Assembly (NCBI GenBank): GCA_002269645.1
Contig: NIVC01003203.1
Location: forward strand, 122,379-170,429
Reading direction: 5' to 3'
Source: Macrostomum lignano
Lineage: Eukaryota
DNA: 48,051 nucleotides
In this document: positions 1-12,124 of the stretch, piece after piece
How positions within the stretch are numbered: the first letter of the stretch is position 1
How the letters are laid out: every line of letters begins with the position of its first letter
Position numbers and translations under genes: made by a program
The notes under the pieces: generated by a model
The model's input: only the letters and a program-made list of their open reading frames with translations
What the model was told of the DNA's origin: nothing
The model's database searches: none

Positions 1-83
1 CGCTGGGCACCTTTGCCTGGGTGAAATTTATTTCGGCAATCTTGCGCATCTCGTCTGAGTTTAATATTATAATAGAACAAGAG

Positions 84-366
84 TAATAATTGATTTCACC
101 TGCCCCCATCGCAGATGTGGCAACCGACAGCTCAGCCGCAGCTATTGTGCGGTGCATCTGAAGGCTGCGTACGGCTGTTCAGTCCAAGGACTGGGGGTCG
201 CCACACACAGCCTCAATTACCCAGCTAATGCTGGCACGCCATTTTACAGCTGGTGAACTGAAGCAATGTGTCTCACTCAAGGACACAAATTGTTCTGAGT
301 GGGTCGAGAATCGAACCCCCGACCTTTCAGTCGTGAGTCCCATGCTTTAACTGCTACTCTACACCA
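84..366 (-). mobile_element. tRNA-derived SINE family A (CORE-like), copy 1
   Basis: A-box/B-box (GGTTCGATTC) head, central GTGTCCTTGAG...CAGCTGTAAAATGG, and a 3' tail shared with the copies at 13.3, 32.3 and 38.2 kb. Confidence 0.8.
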
Positions 367-553
367 AATAGAAATACCTAGAGAGTAAAGAATTAATGTA
401 TCAATTACTTTTTAATTCTTACTTTTAAAGTTATCAGAATACAATGCGAAACACCAAGTTTTAAAATGGCCTAAAACGGCCGTTAGAATGGAGTGATTTA
501 GAACTCTTTATGAGTACATTTTACCAAAAATATATTAAATACTAGGTTATATT

Positions 554-555
<2 letters not shown>

Positions 556-617
<62 letters not shown>
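556..617. repeat. (TAA)n microsatellite, about 20 units
   Basis: Direct reading; starts immediately after the GTAAGC donor on the minus strand. Confidence 0.97.
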
Positions 618-623
618 GCTTAC

Positions 624-766
624 ATCCATTCGATACGTCATCGCACCGTCTAGTGTGTTGACTTCGCGGTATAAAACGGTCCAAGCCATGTCTGTGTACT
701 TGCTGATAACTGGACTCAACGATGGAGCCTTCTGCACCTGGAGCTCGCAGTCCAGCACGCGGTAGA
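624..766 (-). CDS. cadherin-like gene, second coding exon (IYRVLDCELQV...TYRMD)
   Basis: CAG acceptor at 767-769, GTAAGC donor at 623-618; 143 nt, in frame with the previous exon. Confidence 0.7.
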
Positions 767-1726
767 CTGAAACAGGCGAAATTATCAACAAGCTCCTTTA
801 ATATGCTGTTTATACTTGAAAACAGGCTTCTTATGCAACAACTTACTTCCTCGAAAGTTGGCTGTTGCCACTATAACACTGAACAGGATACTCGGCTTAT
901 CGGCAAAGCTCAGCTGTTCATCTAACTTGAGAACAACTTTGCTGGTGACCGGATCCATTTCTAGCTCATGCGGCGCCGGCACCATGAAGATGTACCGCTC
1001 CCGTGAGCTGGGTGTAGACACAACATCGAACAGAGAGCTACCAGGTGACGCGCTTTCGATAGCGCGAAAAACTGTCCTTGGCGAAGCTTGGCGCTTGACC
1101 CGGTTTAGATATTCGTCGTCTGTTTTTGCCGGCCGAGCCTGGCCTTTGTTTCTAACCGGAATAATAGGAAACTGCGGCAGCATGTACGGCAGATTTGGTT
1201 CCGGCTTTGTTTCTGCTTTCATTTCTTCTTCAGACTGCGGCTCTGGTTGCGTCTTCACCGGAGGCTCGGTTTGACGCTCTTCAGCAGACAAGTACTTTAG
1301 TACCGGTGACTCGTTCTGGTCCGGAGAAGCTGAGCCAGAGATGAAGATGTACAACTTTTTAGCCAGTTGACGGGTCTTCGAGCTCAGTAGCTGCAATTGC
1401 AGTACCTGGCCGGCCAGTCGGTGAATATAGCCGTTCAGCTGCAAGTGATGGTCGCCTTTGTCCTTAACTAGACTGAACCATTCGTGAGAACCGTCGATAA
1501 TGTTGTTTAGTTCGACGCCAAACAGCCACGGAGCATTCCGGTAGAGCTTTGCACCGACGCGGGTGTTGTGCGGCAGCTCCAGTCGCACCGAGTCCACCGC
1601 GCTCTTTTGCTCAGGCGACGCTGGGGTGGATGAAGAAGCGACGGCAAGGTGACCACTGGCCAGGATAGTGACGAACAGTAGAAAGAGGTGACGTTTCACC
1701 GCGGATGGATGACTACCAACAGCCAT
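624..1726 (-). CDS. 5' coding exons of a secreted/membrane cadherin-like precursor (signal peptide, prodomain, RVKR furin site, cadherin-like beta repeat); gene continues off the left edge
   Basis: First ATG at 1726 (the ORF-track start at 1744 is GTG). Hydrophobic signal HLFLLFVTILASGHLAVAS; RVKR at 1091-1102. Exon 847-1726 ends A|GTAAGT; 80-nt intron; exon 624-766 starts TTTCAG| and ends GAT|GTAAGC; phases are consistent (ANFRG-IYRVLDC...). Cadherin assignment is by architecture only. Confidence is higher for coding than for the family. Confidence 0.6.
847..1726 (-). CDS. cadherin-like gene, first coding exon
   Basis: Stop-free frame from ATG 1726 to the GTAAGT donor at 846-841 (phase 1). 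Confidence 0.75.
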
Positions 1727-3648
1727 TTTGTGGCCGTCTTTCACGATTTATATCGCTTTTAGCTATTCCAGTTCTCTGTCAGCCGTTCTTTGTCAGATAG
1801 TTTTTCTCTACTTACAGATAGACCGATGCAGATATTGGATGAAGCGGTGGATAACAACACTAAAATTTGAAGACGGTGGGAGCCACGGGGGCAGGGTAGC
1901 TTTTGGCTGTGCCGTCGAGCGCAGACTTCGAACTGGCGTTTATCCGGGCTTGGGTGGTGGAGAGGGGTTGGTTAGTGGCGGGAGGGTAGTCCAGTAAGGA
2001 GAGAGCGAGAGGTAGAGTTAGTAACTGTTGTCTTGGTGGAAGAAGGGTTGAGAGAGACAACATGAGAAGGGCAATAGAAAACTGGTGGCTCAAAGGCAGG
2101 GAGGAGGGGCGGTCGCACAGGCTCTGCGGCGGCAGCAGTGCGCTCAGTAGGTGAGCCGCCTGCCTCTGCCAACTACCCAGCTTTATCAGAAACACAATGG
2201 GAGCACACTTGAACGTCTATAGCGGACAATGTGTATGACAGTACCAAACCGTGCCTGCAGCCCGGGAGTCTCCCTCGTGTTCTAATTCCTCTGACAATGG
2301 GTCATACTCAGTGGCGCACGCGCACAATCCTGCATGGGGAGCGCAGTTGGGCGTACCCCTAATGCGAGAGCATCGCTACAGTGGTACTGACGCTTCCTTC
2401 CAACAGCACTTTAGCCAGATATGAGCATAGCTCCACTAAGCAGACGGCAGGGATTAGCCGCTTGGTAGTCAATAATCCCATTCAGTCAGATCTGTACTCG
2501 TACTGTAGGGTAGAAGCAGTTTTACTAAAGAGCAGTAGCTCCACGACACTTCTTGACCTACATGTATTCTTTTGACTGAAATTTAATGCGATTTTAGATT
2601 AGAAATCAAGCCAATAAAGAAATGTACTGAAGCTCTGAAGGCATTCTTTAGCTGCTTGTGGGTTCATCATATTTCTGTTTTCAGCCTCAGTTTGCAAGCT
2701 AACGAGACCAGTTTGTCACAGTAAATGTAGACTGCGAGCTGGGGCATCAAGAACATAGTTAATTGCGATGAAGCTACGACATTGCTTCAATCCTGTCAAC
2801 CCGCCTGAGGGTAGCATTGCCTGAGACTTGGTCTTAAGAGTTGTGGAGTTGCTAGCTATCCAAAGCACCCAGAGTAGAGACTAAAAACTGCAGAGATGGG
2901 GGGTTAATTTTCTTCGGTGCACCAGATTAATTGCCTGGGGGCATCGGTCCGCCGAGCCTTTTCAAGCGTGACACAGCAACTCTCGGGCTGTCTTCGCTTA
3001 GCGAACCAAAGCAAGAACTCCGCCTTGAGTTGGGTGGCTAAGTCTCCATTGTTCGCTTGTTTTTCATCTTTCTAGGGGGGGAGGGTTAAGTTATTCATTT
3101 TTCGTTTTTTTCGTTTTTTTCTCTTGCACCGAAATAAACTACTGTTTATTCTACAAAAACGTGCTCTGAATTTGTGGTTAATTTGCACAGCACAGACTTG
3201 CATGTGTCTGCGCATAACTCTGATATTGTTACTCTTCTATGTTTAAGTTCTCAAGCTCGAGAATTTTATTAAAATGAAATTATTTTAGATCAGAATTAAG
3301 AATAGACTAAAAACCAAAGAGATATTTGGTTTGTTCTTGACGAAGGACACACGCTATTAGTGATGAAATACTTCATCTAACCCTAGTATGGTTCCTACCA
3401 GAGATTGCTTGCTCTCGGGGGATGCTTGCTCGGGAGAAGTATAAGTTCTTTCCCTTTCTTCACTTCTCTGATCCAACCCCCCGGCTGAGAACTCGGTTAT
3501 ACTTCTCGGAAAGAAAATATTTCTTAATCTTTTGGTCGGTCCATTGATTTATCTGGTCCGGAGGGTAATTTCTTTGGCCGGGCCAAAGAAACAACAATTA
3601 CATTGAACCATAGATATACGCTCGTACATGGAGCGGCCAAATGGGGAA

Positions 3649-3904
3649 GAATTGCTGAGATGTCAAGTGTTGGGGGAATTGCTGAGATGTCAAGTGTTGG
3701 GGGAATTGCTGAGATGTCAAGTGTTGGGGGAATTGCTGAGATGTCAAGTGTTAGGGGAATTGCTGAGATGTCAAGTGTTGGGGGAATTGCTGAGATGTCA
3801 AGTGTTAGGGGAATTGCTGAGATGTCAAGTGTTGGGGGAATTGCTGAGATGTCAAGTGTTGGGGGAATTGCTGAGATGTCAAGTCTTGGGGGGATTGCTA
3901 AGAT
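3649..3904. repeat. 27-bp minisatellite (GAATTGCTGAGATGTCAAGTGTTGGGG), about 9.5 units
   Basis: Direct reading. Confidence 0.95.
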
Positions 3905-3995
3905 ATAAATGCTGAGGTCAGAAGCTACATGTAGTTCATTTAAAAAATTATTACATTCTTTGTTTGCTCCCCAACGGGGGCCTAGATTGCTAATT
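3649..3995 (+). mobile_element. possible Helitron-like 3' end preceded by a 27-bp minisatellite
   Basis: Hairpin GCTCCCC-AAC-GGGGGGC (3966-3982), 8 nt, then CTAA|T; related sequence at 43.8-44.15 kb. Confidence 0.45.
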
Positions 3996-4029
3996 AAGCA
4001 ACTAAAGTAAGACGCTGCACTCGCGAGTC

Positions 4030-4475
4030 GTGCGAATTACGCTAGAAGCCGGGTTTCGATGCGAAATGCACTGGCGAGATGGGAAGGTTTCAGTTTTTAG
4101 CAGCACTGAATTCCCAACATCTCACCTGCTGGACTTCCAAATTGCAAATGCAGCCAGCAGGTGTTTTGTCCGAGCTGCGCTCAGAAGATTGAAAGAAATC
4201 GGGGTTTTCTAAACAGCAGCTGTGTTTTCTAAACAGATTTGGGAGTTTTTTCAGCACAGCGCTGACTGGGGTTTGGCCATAGACAGGTCCGTCCAGAAAA
4301 AACACTGCAGAGACAGGAGCAGCTGCAATTTCGCCGCAAATTTGCTTGCTTGCCGGTCTCCGGCAGCAGTTCATGAAAAAGCAGCTTGATAAACTTGTGA
4401 GCGCAGCTCAGACAAAACACCTGCTGGCTGCACTTGCAATTCGGAAGTCCAGCAGGTGAGATGTTGGGAATTCGC
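4030..4475. repeat. dispersed repeat with a 76-bp internal inverted repeat; related copy at about 31880-32230
   Basis: Arms 4108-4183 and 4398-4473 differ at 3 positions; the left part matches 31900-32040. Confidence 0.75.
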
Positions 4476-6945
4476 AGCGAAAACCGACAGCCTCCGGGGA
4501 ATTCTGCAAGACATGCGAATTCTAGCTGCCATGGGTGCTATTCAAATTGCCGCACTAACAAACCACACGGCTGGTGCACAAAGCGGTGAAAAATTGAACA
4601 TGAAGACAGCACTCTGCAGCCGATTAGCTAATAATATATGAGACCCATTGTACCCTCGTAATATGAATAACATCAGTATCAAAAATATATTAGTACCGAT
4701 ATGGGGTATTTTTCCCTACTGATTGTGAGTGCAATCAAAGGAATGAAAACCCGTGCAGCATAGAATTGACTCAGAGGTGCCAAGGTGAGCGAGCTTAACA
4801 GTGTTGGCATAATGTATAATGCACAAGACGCGATTTCCGTTCGAAGCGACAATACCTGTTCAGGGACAACTGGAAAGGGTCCCTGGACCTGGATACCTGG
4901 ATCCCTGGATCCCTGGATCCCTGGACCCTGGAATAGAATACGCAAAATACGGGAAACGCCTCAATTCATGCAGAAAAAGCTTGAAGGCCTGTTAATTTCT
5001 GTGTCTTTGTGTCTATTATAGCGTAGTTATGTGTCTATGGCTGCATTTTGGCTCATGCTGGTAGCATTCGATTTTACGCGATATACACGAGCCGTGACTA
5101 AAACTTACAATCAGACCGAAACACCCAAAACCGATGTTTTCAATACGACGTATTTAGTAAAACTGCTGTCGATCAATTTACAAGTGCATTTTTGTTGACT
5201 ATAAGTCCATCAACATGTTATTTCTTTGCTGCCTTGTTAAGTAACTACTCGTATTTTAACCCAGTTCTGTTTGTACTTGTGTAGCAAATAGTTTATCCAT
5301 CTCATTGTAATAGCGCTGTTTAGGCAAGAGTCATCAATAATAGAATCGGCATCCGACTGTTCACGATACAAGTTGCGATCGGGGTAAAATTTTACTAGTC
5401 CTAGTCGTTTAGCTTTCTTGCTTAAAACATGCTGTTGCATCATTTTTGCGTCACACGTGTTGTAATAACTTTACGGTATTTGTATTGTATCTTCTGTTCA
5501 AAATATCAATTCTAATTGTTTCCATTTTCCTAAACAGCACATTTGCATTCGCGATCATGTATTTAATAGCCCATAGGAATAGCACTAAAAAGTCATGGAC
5601 ACGTAGAAATGAACAGGCCTTCAAGTTTTTTGCATGAATTAAGACGTTTCCCGTCCCCCTTTCTAGTTGTCCTTGTACCTGCCCTGAAAAATATTCTGTA
5701 TTAAGAATGCTAATTTGCCTATGCATATGACACTTCTATTTCCTAATACTGTTGCTTGGTAGGGCGTCAAACACAAGGTTTTTTAAGTTCAATTAGAGTA
5801 CCGAAAGTAGCACTGTCTGATCCCTCTCCGTGTCTGAATCCAATTATATAGGCCCCTCTCCGTGTCTGAATCCAATCATATAGGAGTCTTATTGTACTGG
5901 TAATTAATATTTGCAAGAAAATATTAATATGTCTGCAAATTTACCAAAGCGGAGAGAAAGTGGACTGACTGCCTATTTTGGCGCGTTCTGGTATGCATTG
6001 AGAGCTGCTGCTTAGTCGGCAGCACTAGGGGCGCCACCCAAATTTTCACGCAATAACTTGAGCAGACCTGAACAGAGGGCAGTGCGAAACTTTAATAGGC
6101 GAATAGCGCGGGACCAACTGAGGGTCGGCGTGTGGAATTCTCACCCATCACAGACTGCGGGCAGACACTTCCAATCCAATTTCCCTGTCCAGGACTCCTT
6201 GACTAGCAAGCTCTGCCCTCTACTGGCTGCGCAAGCAAGAGAAGAAAATGTTTCTGAAGCACAATGGAAGAATCAATGAGGGGACTAGCTAACAGCTTGA
6301 GTCTTACTGCACTAAGACTGAGTCAGCAAGCGCTGACAAAGCTATAAAATGTCTTTTCTTTTCGTCTAGCTCTACATAAGCCTAGAGTGGGGTTTAGCAA
6401 AGTCTGCAGCTGCTAGGGCCATCAAAAAGACATTCAACTTCAGCTTGCTATTGTTAAAGAAAAATGTAGCCACCGTAGTTCTTTTGTGCATTTTTCTGCT
6501 TCTCTCACTCACTATACTCTTCTTTCGTAACGCACCTCCATCTGTGCCTGACTCGTTGCTTCCGAGCTCTTCTCTATTGTGCTCGATCTTCGAGCTGGGC
6601 TTCCATGCGTCTTTATTATTAAATCTCGGGAAACAAACGCGTCAAACCGACATTAACAAAACATTCTTTAACTTAATCGCGTACTCATTTACATGTGCCC
6701 GGTTTATTTGTTAAAATATGTTTACTAGAAAAATAGGCTGCACTATGGACAGCTAATCATTGCTTGCATCATTTTTATAACTATAAAATGTATCGCTATT
6801 ACACTAAAGGTGAAACACTTGATCTATCCTTTCCAATGGACGTCTTCCCAAGTTCAAAAAAGACCTTGAAATAACATTGAAATAGTGCTTGCAGTCAGTA
6901 TAGACATCAAGCTGACGCCCCTAGCACCTATGACCAGTTGCCTTT

Positions 6946-8346
6946 GTAGCTGCCACCATTGCCTCTGCAGCTTCCATTATTGTCCCCGTAGCTTCTATTA
7001 TTGTCCCTGCAGCTTCCATTGTTTTTCATGTAGCTTCCATTTATTGTTCATGTAGCTTCCAATATTTTTCATGTAGCTTCCATTATTGTCCCTGTAGCTT
7101 CCATTGTTTTTCATGTAGCTTCCATTTATTGTTCATGTAGCTTCCATTGTTTTTCATGTAGCTTCCATTTATTGTTCATGTAGCTTCCATTGTTTTTCAT
7201 GTAGCTTCCATTTATTGTTCATGTAGCTTCCATTGTTGTTCATGTAGCTTCCATTTATTGTTCATGTAGCTTCCATTGTTGTTCATGTAGCTTCCATTGT
7301 TTTTCATGTAGCTTCCATTTATTGTTCATGTAGCTTCCATTTATTGTTCATGTAGCTTCCATTGTTGTTCATGTAGCTTCCATTGTTTTTCATGTAGCTT
7401 CCATTTATTGTTCATGTAGCTTCCATTGTTTTTCATGTAGCTTCCATTATTATCCCTGTAGCTTCCAATATTGTCCCTGTAGCTTCCATTATTATTCCTG
7501 CAGCTTCCATTATTGTCCCTGCAGCTTCCATTATTATCCCTGCAGCTTCCATTATGGTCCCTGTAGCTTCCATTGTTTTTCATGTAGCTTCCATTTATTG
7601 TTCATGTAGCTTCCAATATTGTTCATGTAGCTTCCAATATTGTCCCTGCAGCTTCCATTATTGTCCCGCAGCTTCCATTATTGTCCCTGCAGCTTCCATT
7701 ATTGTCCCTGCAGCTTCCATTATTATCCCTGCAGCTTCCATTATGGTCCCTGTAGCTTCCATTGTTTTTCATGTAGCTTCCATTTATTGTTCATGTAGCT
7801 TCCAATATTGTTCATGTAGCTTCCAATATTGTCCCTGCAGCTTCCATTATTGTCCCGCAGCTTCCATTATTGTCCCTGCAGCTTCCATTATTGTCCCTGC
7901 AGCTTCCATTATTATCCCTGCAGCTTCCATTATTGTCCCTGCAGCTTCCATTATTGTCCCGCAGCTTCCATTATTGTCCCGCAGCTTCCATTATTGTCCC
8001 TGCAGCTTCCATTATTGTCCCTGCAGCTTCCATTATTGTCCCTGCAGCTTCCATTATTGTCCCTGCAGATTCCATTGTTTTTCATGTAGCTTCCATTTAT
8101 TGTTCATGTAGCTTCCAATATTGTTCATGTAGCTTCCAATATTGTTCATGTAGCTTCCAATATTATCCCTGCAGCTTCCATTATTGTTCATGTAGCTTCC
8201 ATTATTGTCCCTGCAGCTTCCATTATTGTCCCTGCAGCTTCCATTATTGTCCCTGCAGCTTCCATTTTTGTCCCTGTAGCTTCCGTTGTTTTTCATGTAG
8301 CTTCCAATATTGTTCATGTAGCTTCCAATATTGTTCATGTAGCTTC
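6946..8346. repeat. 21-bp minisatellite (GCAGCTTCCATTATTGTCCCT / GTAGCTTCCATTGTTTTTCAT variants), left part
   Basis: Direct reading; higher-order blocks of variants. Confidence 0.95.
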
Positions 8347-10938
8347 CCCGGGTAGCAAAGTGACGTTGCGCGACGTCAAAATGACGTTGAAAATAGGTCA
8401 AAGTGTAACGTCGAAATGACGTCAATTCTGTCGATGTTTTTTACGTAATTTTGACCTAGATCTGTGACGTTGTTTTGACGTCAAAATGTACCGAAATTTT
8501 ACCGTCTTTATTTAATATATTTAATGGCTTTTGAATGCACGAAATGACTGGTATGATGTCTTTTAAGAAAACAAATGTTGCTGGCTTTATGATTGATGGT
8601 TATCTTTGCATTCTGAAGTCAACTTTCTTTGAATGTGTGTAGGCAGTACATGTACCCATCTTATTTCTAGAAGCTAATTGCAGTGGCGTAGCTAGGAATT
8701 TCCTTCTGGGGGTCACAGTCACAGCGGCAACCGGGGGCGGGGTGCTAGGCCTCTGCGACGGGGGAGGGGGGCTGCTGCCTGTATTTGGCCTGGATCAGCC
8801 GGCTAGGGGGTTCATGACCCCAATGACCCCACTTGGCTACGCCTCTGGCTAATAGTTACATTTTTACCAGAAAATATTAAACAAGAATACATGCGGACAA
8901 AGCCTTATATTCATCTTCTCTTGTATACATACATATTGTAGACATTGGATTTAGAAGTTATATTATGGACAAGCAAGCATACAAACCTTAGAGATTTAGT
9001 ACTGGTATATTTAGATATAGGATGTTACTTTTCTTCGTAAATTTTTATTTTAACACAAATTAAGTTGATGCTTGCATATGAAAATTTATGAAAAGGATGG
9101 TAATAAATTAAATTTTAAAAGTTGAAAAAATTACAATAGTGCCAAAAACGACAGTACTGACAAAACAGAATAGAATGTTGAAAACAGTGTCATTGAAACA
9201 AATATAAGGGTGAAGGCAGCAAACAACAGAACTGTAGAATAAATAAATAGAGAGTAGTTGCATATTGCTGCATATTGCCCAGTCTTTCACTCAGAAGATC
9301 TACATCAAATTCTTGATAGTCCTCAGTCTCTGAATTGGAGGAGACTGAATCAAATGGTGAATTGTTATCCTCTTCCACAACTCCTTCCTCAAATTGACTA
9401 GCTGACATCCCTTCATGACAACCTGTTCCAATAAGCAGGGATGATGTCATCATAGGAATGAATTTTCTCCTCCTCATCTAGGAGTTGGAATTAGTATCAT
9501 TGATGGCATATAGTAGCAATCTCTCCTGTCCTCTTCACACAGGTGGCCATCTGAAATAGGCAGAAAAAAGTATATTTTTGATTTTGACTTATGCATTGGT
9601 AAAGTTATATTTTATACATCCATAAATTGCAATATATAAAACTATATTATACAGAAGTCTTTAGCCTTACTCTTAGTCTTAGGATTTCTATACATAATCC
9701 TATAAATCTTTTTACTTTTGTTCAGACTTTCTATTCAACTAAAAAATCTGCTCAACCACAAATTAAACAATAGTGCCCTAGCAATGCTATAATAATGTCT
9801 AAAATATGTCTAAATATGATTAACAATCTATAGGCTACTTAATGGGGCAAAACATTAATAAATATATGTTTTAATATAGAATATAGCTTAGCATAAGTTT
9901 GTTAAGGAAATTGTAGCTCTAAGAGTGCTACAATGAGAAATTAGAGCCTACTAAAGATTTTAATGAGCTAACTAGGAAACTAAAGTATATATTAAATGCT
10001 AGGCCTAACATGAACTTAGCATGTATAATAAATATTATCTCATTAAATGGCTGATTAGTAAAACTAAGAAACAAGAAATATTAATTTCAAACCAAGTATG
10101 CCAAGATTTTTTGTATGATAGGCCTAGAAATGCTAGAACAACTGCACCTTCTAAATAAAAATTTGAAATTGAATCTTGGATATGATATCTAAGGTCCAAT
10201 GATTATATATGATTTATAGGCTGAGAGTAAGACTGATTCGAAAATCAAGCAGTTCTCTGCAAACTGTATGTATGTAGGAATTTGATTTCCAGACAATTAT
10301 TGTTTTGATAGGAATAATGTTTAACTCTAGTAGTTGTAATCAATGCAATACTTGTGGTAGGCAAGGCTATTATTACTGTATATTTCCAATATAAACAGCA
10401 GTACTGATAGGAAATGGGAAGAGAGAAAGTAGTAGAATTAAAAATCATATAGCAGGTAACACTAACTAAATAAAAAAGCAACGCCACTTATGATCTTCTA
10501 TATATATAAAGCGATTTATCATGCAGCAAAATATTCAAATATGTACGAGTTTAATAATACGTATTAACAAAATAAAACTGTTAAAAAACGAGCCTTACTT
10601 TTTCCCTTACTTTTTTCAGTGTTATAAAAATCATTCAATCTACGTTATTATATAGTAATGCAGCATAGAAACGTCAAATTTTGGGTTCCATAATGACTAA
10701 AGTTTGACGTTGATTTTTCAACCTACTTTCAACGAATATTTTACGGTTACTTCTTTGCTATTTTACAGGTATAATTGAGCTAGCAAAATGATGACTATAA
10801 ATGCATATTGACTCTGGCATCTAATTCTGCAAAAATAAACTACAATATCAACGAAGACGGGCTGGGGTGAATAGATTTGCGAAGGTAATTTTTGCGACGT
10901 CAACGCAACCGCAAATTGACGTCAAAATGCTACCCGGG
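8347..10938. mobile_element. 2.6-kb non-autonomous TIR DNA transposon, CMC/EnSpm (CACTA)-like
   Basis: Perfect 11-bp TIR CCCGGGTAGCA/TGCTACCCGGG; many subterminal GACGT(C/T) motifs at both ends; 3-bp TSD TTC; interrupts the 21-bp minisatellite in register. No intact transposase seen. Confidence 0.8.
8681..8847. mobile_element. hAT-type MITE nested in the CMC-like element
   Basis: TIR CAGTGGCGTAGC/GCTACGCCTCTG (1 mismatch); 8-bp TSD GCTAATTG/GCTAATAG. Confidence 0.78.
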
Positions 10939-11478
10939 TTCCATTATTGTCCCTGCAGCTTCCATTATTGTCCCTGCAGCTTCCATTTTTGTCCCTGTAG
11001 CTTCCGTTGTTTTTCATGTAGCTTCCAATATTGTTCATGTAGCTTCCATTATTGTCCCTGTAGCTTCCATTGTTTTTCATGTAGCTTCCAATATTGTTCA
11101 TGTAGCTTCCAATATTGTTCATGTAGCTTCCATTATTGTCCCTGCAGCTTCCATTATTGTCCCTGCAGCTTCCATTTTTGTCCCTGTAGCTTCCGTTGTT
11201 TTTCATGTAGCTTCCATTATTGTTCATGTAGCTTCCAATATTGTTCATGAAGCTTCCATTATTATCCCTGCAGCTTCCATTATTGTCCCTGCAGCTTCCA
11301 TTATTGTCCCTGCAGCTTCCATTATTGTCCCTGCAGCTTCCATTATTGTCCCTGCAGATTCCATTGTTTTTCATGTAGCTTCCATTTATTGTTCATGTAG
11401 CTTCCAATATTGTTCATGTAGCTTCCATTATTGTCCCTGCAGCTTCCATTATTGTCCCTGCAGCTTCCATTATTGTCT
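10939..11478. repeat. 21-bp minisatellite, right part
   Basis: Same variants as 6946-8346; resumes in register after the transposon. Confidence 0.95.
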
Positions 11479-12079
11479 CAGCAGCTCTCACTGTTCCCCA
11501 TGCATCTGTCTGCGTAAATCAATAAAGTCACGGAGAAACTTGTGATAAGTTAAGCCTACGCTCGTATTTGTTAGTTTATTTCAATTTTAAATAGATTCTG
11601 AATTGGACTGTTTTAGTACAAATGTATATAGATTATAAAAAATGGTTTGTGAAATATTGTAGGCTGTTTTATTAAAGATACGTATTGAAGTCTGATATCA
11701 CAGCAGTACGGTATTTATTATATAGCTATAAAATTATTTAAGCATATATTTGAGATGCTAAACTCTCCCTCCTCAGTATCTACCGAGACCGATAATTAAC
11801 GAAATGAGCTGTCAATAAAGAATAAAATACTTGCGAAATAGGCAAAGATAAGCGTTTGGATGTTGAGCAGCAAAATTAACTATAGAATGGGCTGATAGTA
11901 GGTAACCGCAGTTAGATGTCCAACGGTCTCAGTGGGAGGGAGAGTGCATGGAGACTGCTATAAATCGGCTATCTTAAGTTACTAATCATGTAATTTTTCA
12001 AAGTTTGTATAGCATAAATTGTGACAGTATCGAATAAAATTTTCTTGAACTGTTTCAATAGATGGGCCGGACTGCAGAT

Positions 12080-12124
12080 TTAGTTGGCCGAGTACACAGT
12101 CTTCTGGGTGTGCGTTGCCCGCTC
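12080..12124 (-). CDS. IF terminal coding exon (ERATHTQKTVYSAN*)
   Basis: TTGTTTTCAG acceptor; ERATH motif typical of IF tail ends; TAA at 12080-12082. Confidence 0.85.
   Translation of the reverse strand, partial: ERATHTQKTVYSAN

Noticed and set aside
1860-2195. 111-aa minus-strand ORF upstream of the cadherin-like gene
   Set aside because: No recognisable domain and no convincing splice link to the ATG exon; possibly 5' UTR or intron.
2309-2400. hAT-like end CAGTGGCGCACGC
   Set aside because: No matching opposite TIR or TSD found.
2908-3138. Possible MITE bounded by TTCGGTGCA / TGCACCGAA
   Set aside because: Only about 14 bp with two mismatches, no TSD and no second copy in the window.
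7341-11545. Cys-rich CPCSFHY / PAASIIV ORFs resembling metallothionein or keratin-associated proteins
   Set aside because: They are stop-poor frames of a 21-bp minisatellite that is interrupted by a transposon; no start or splice context.
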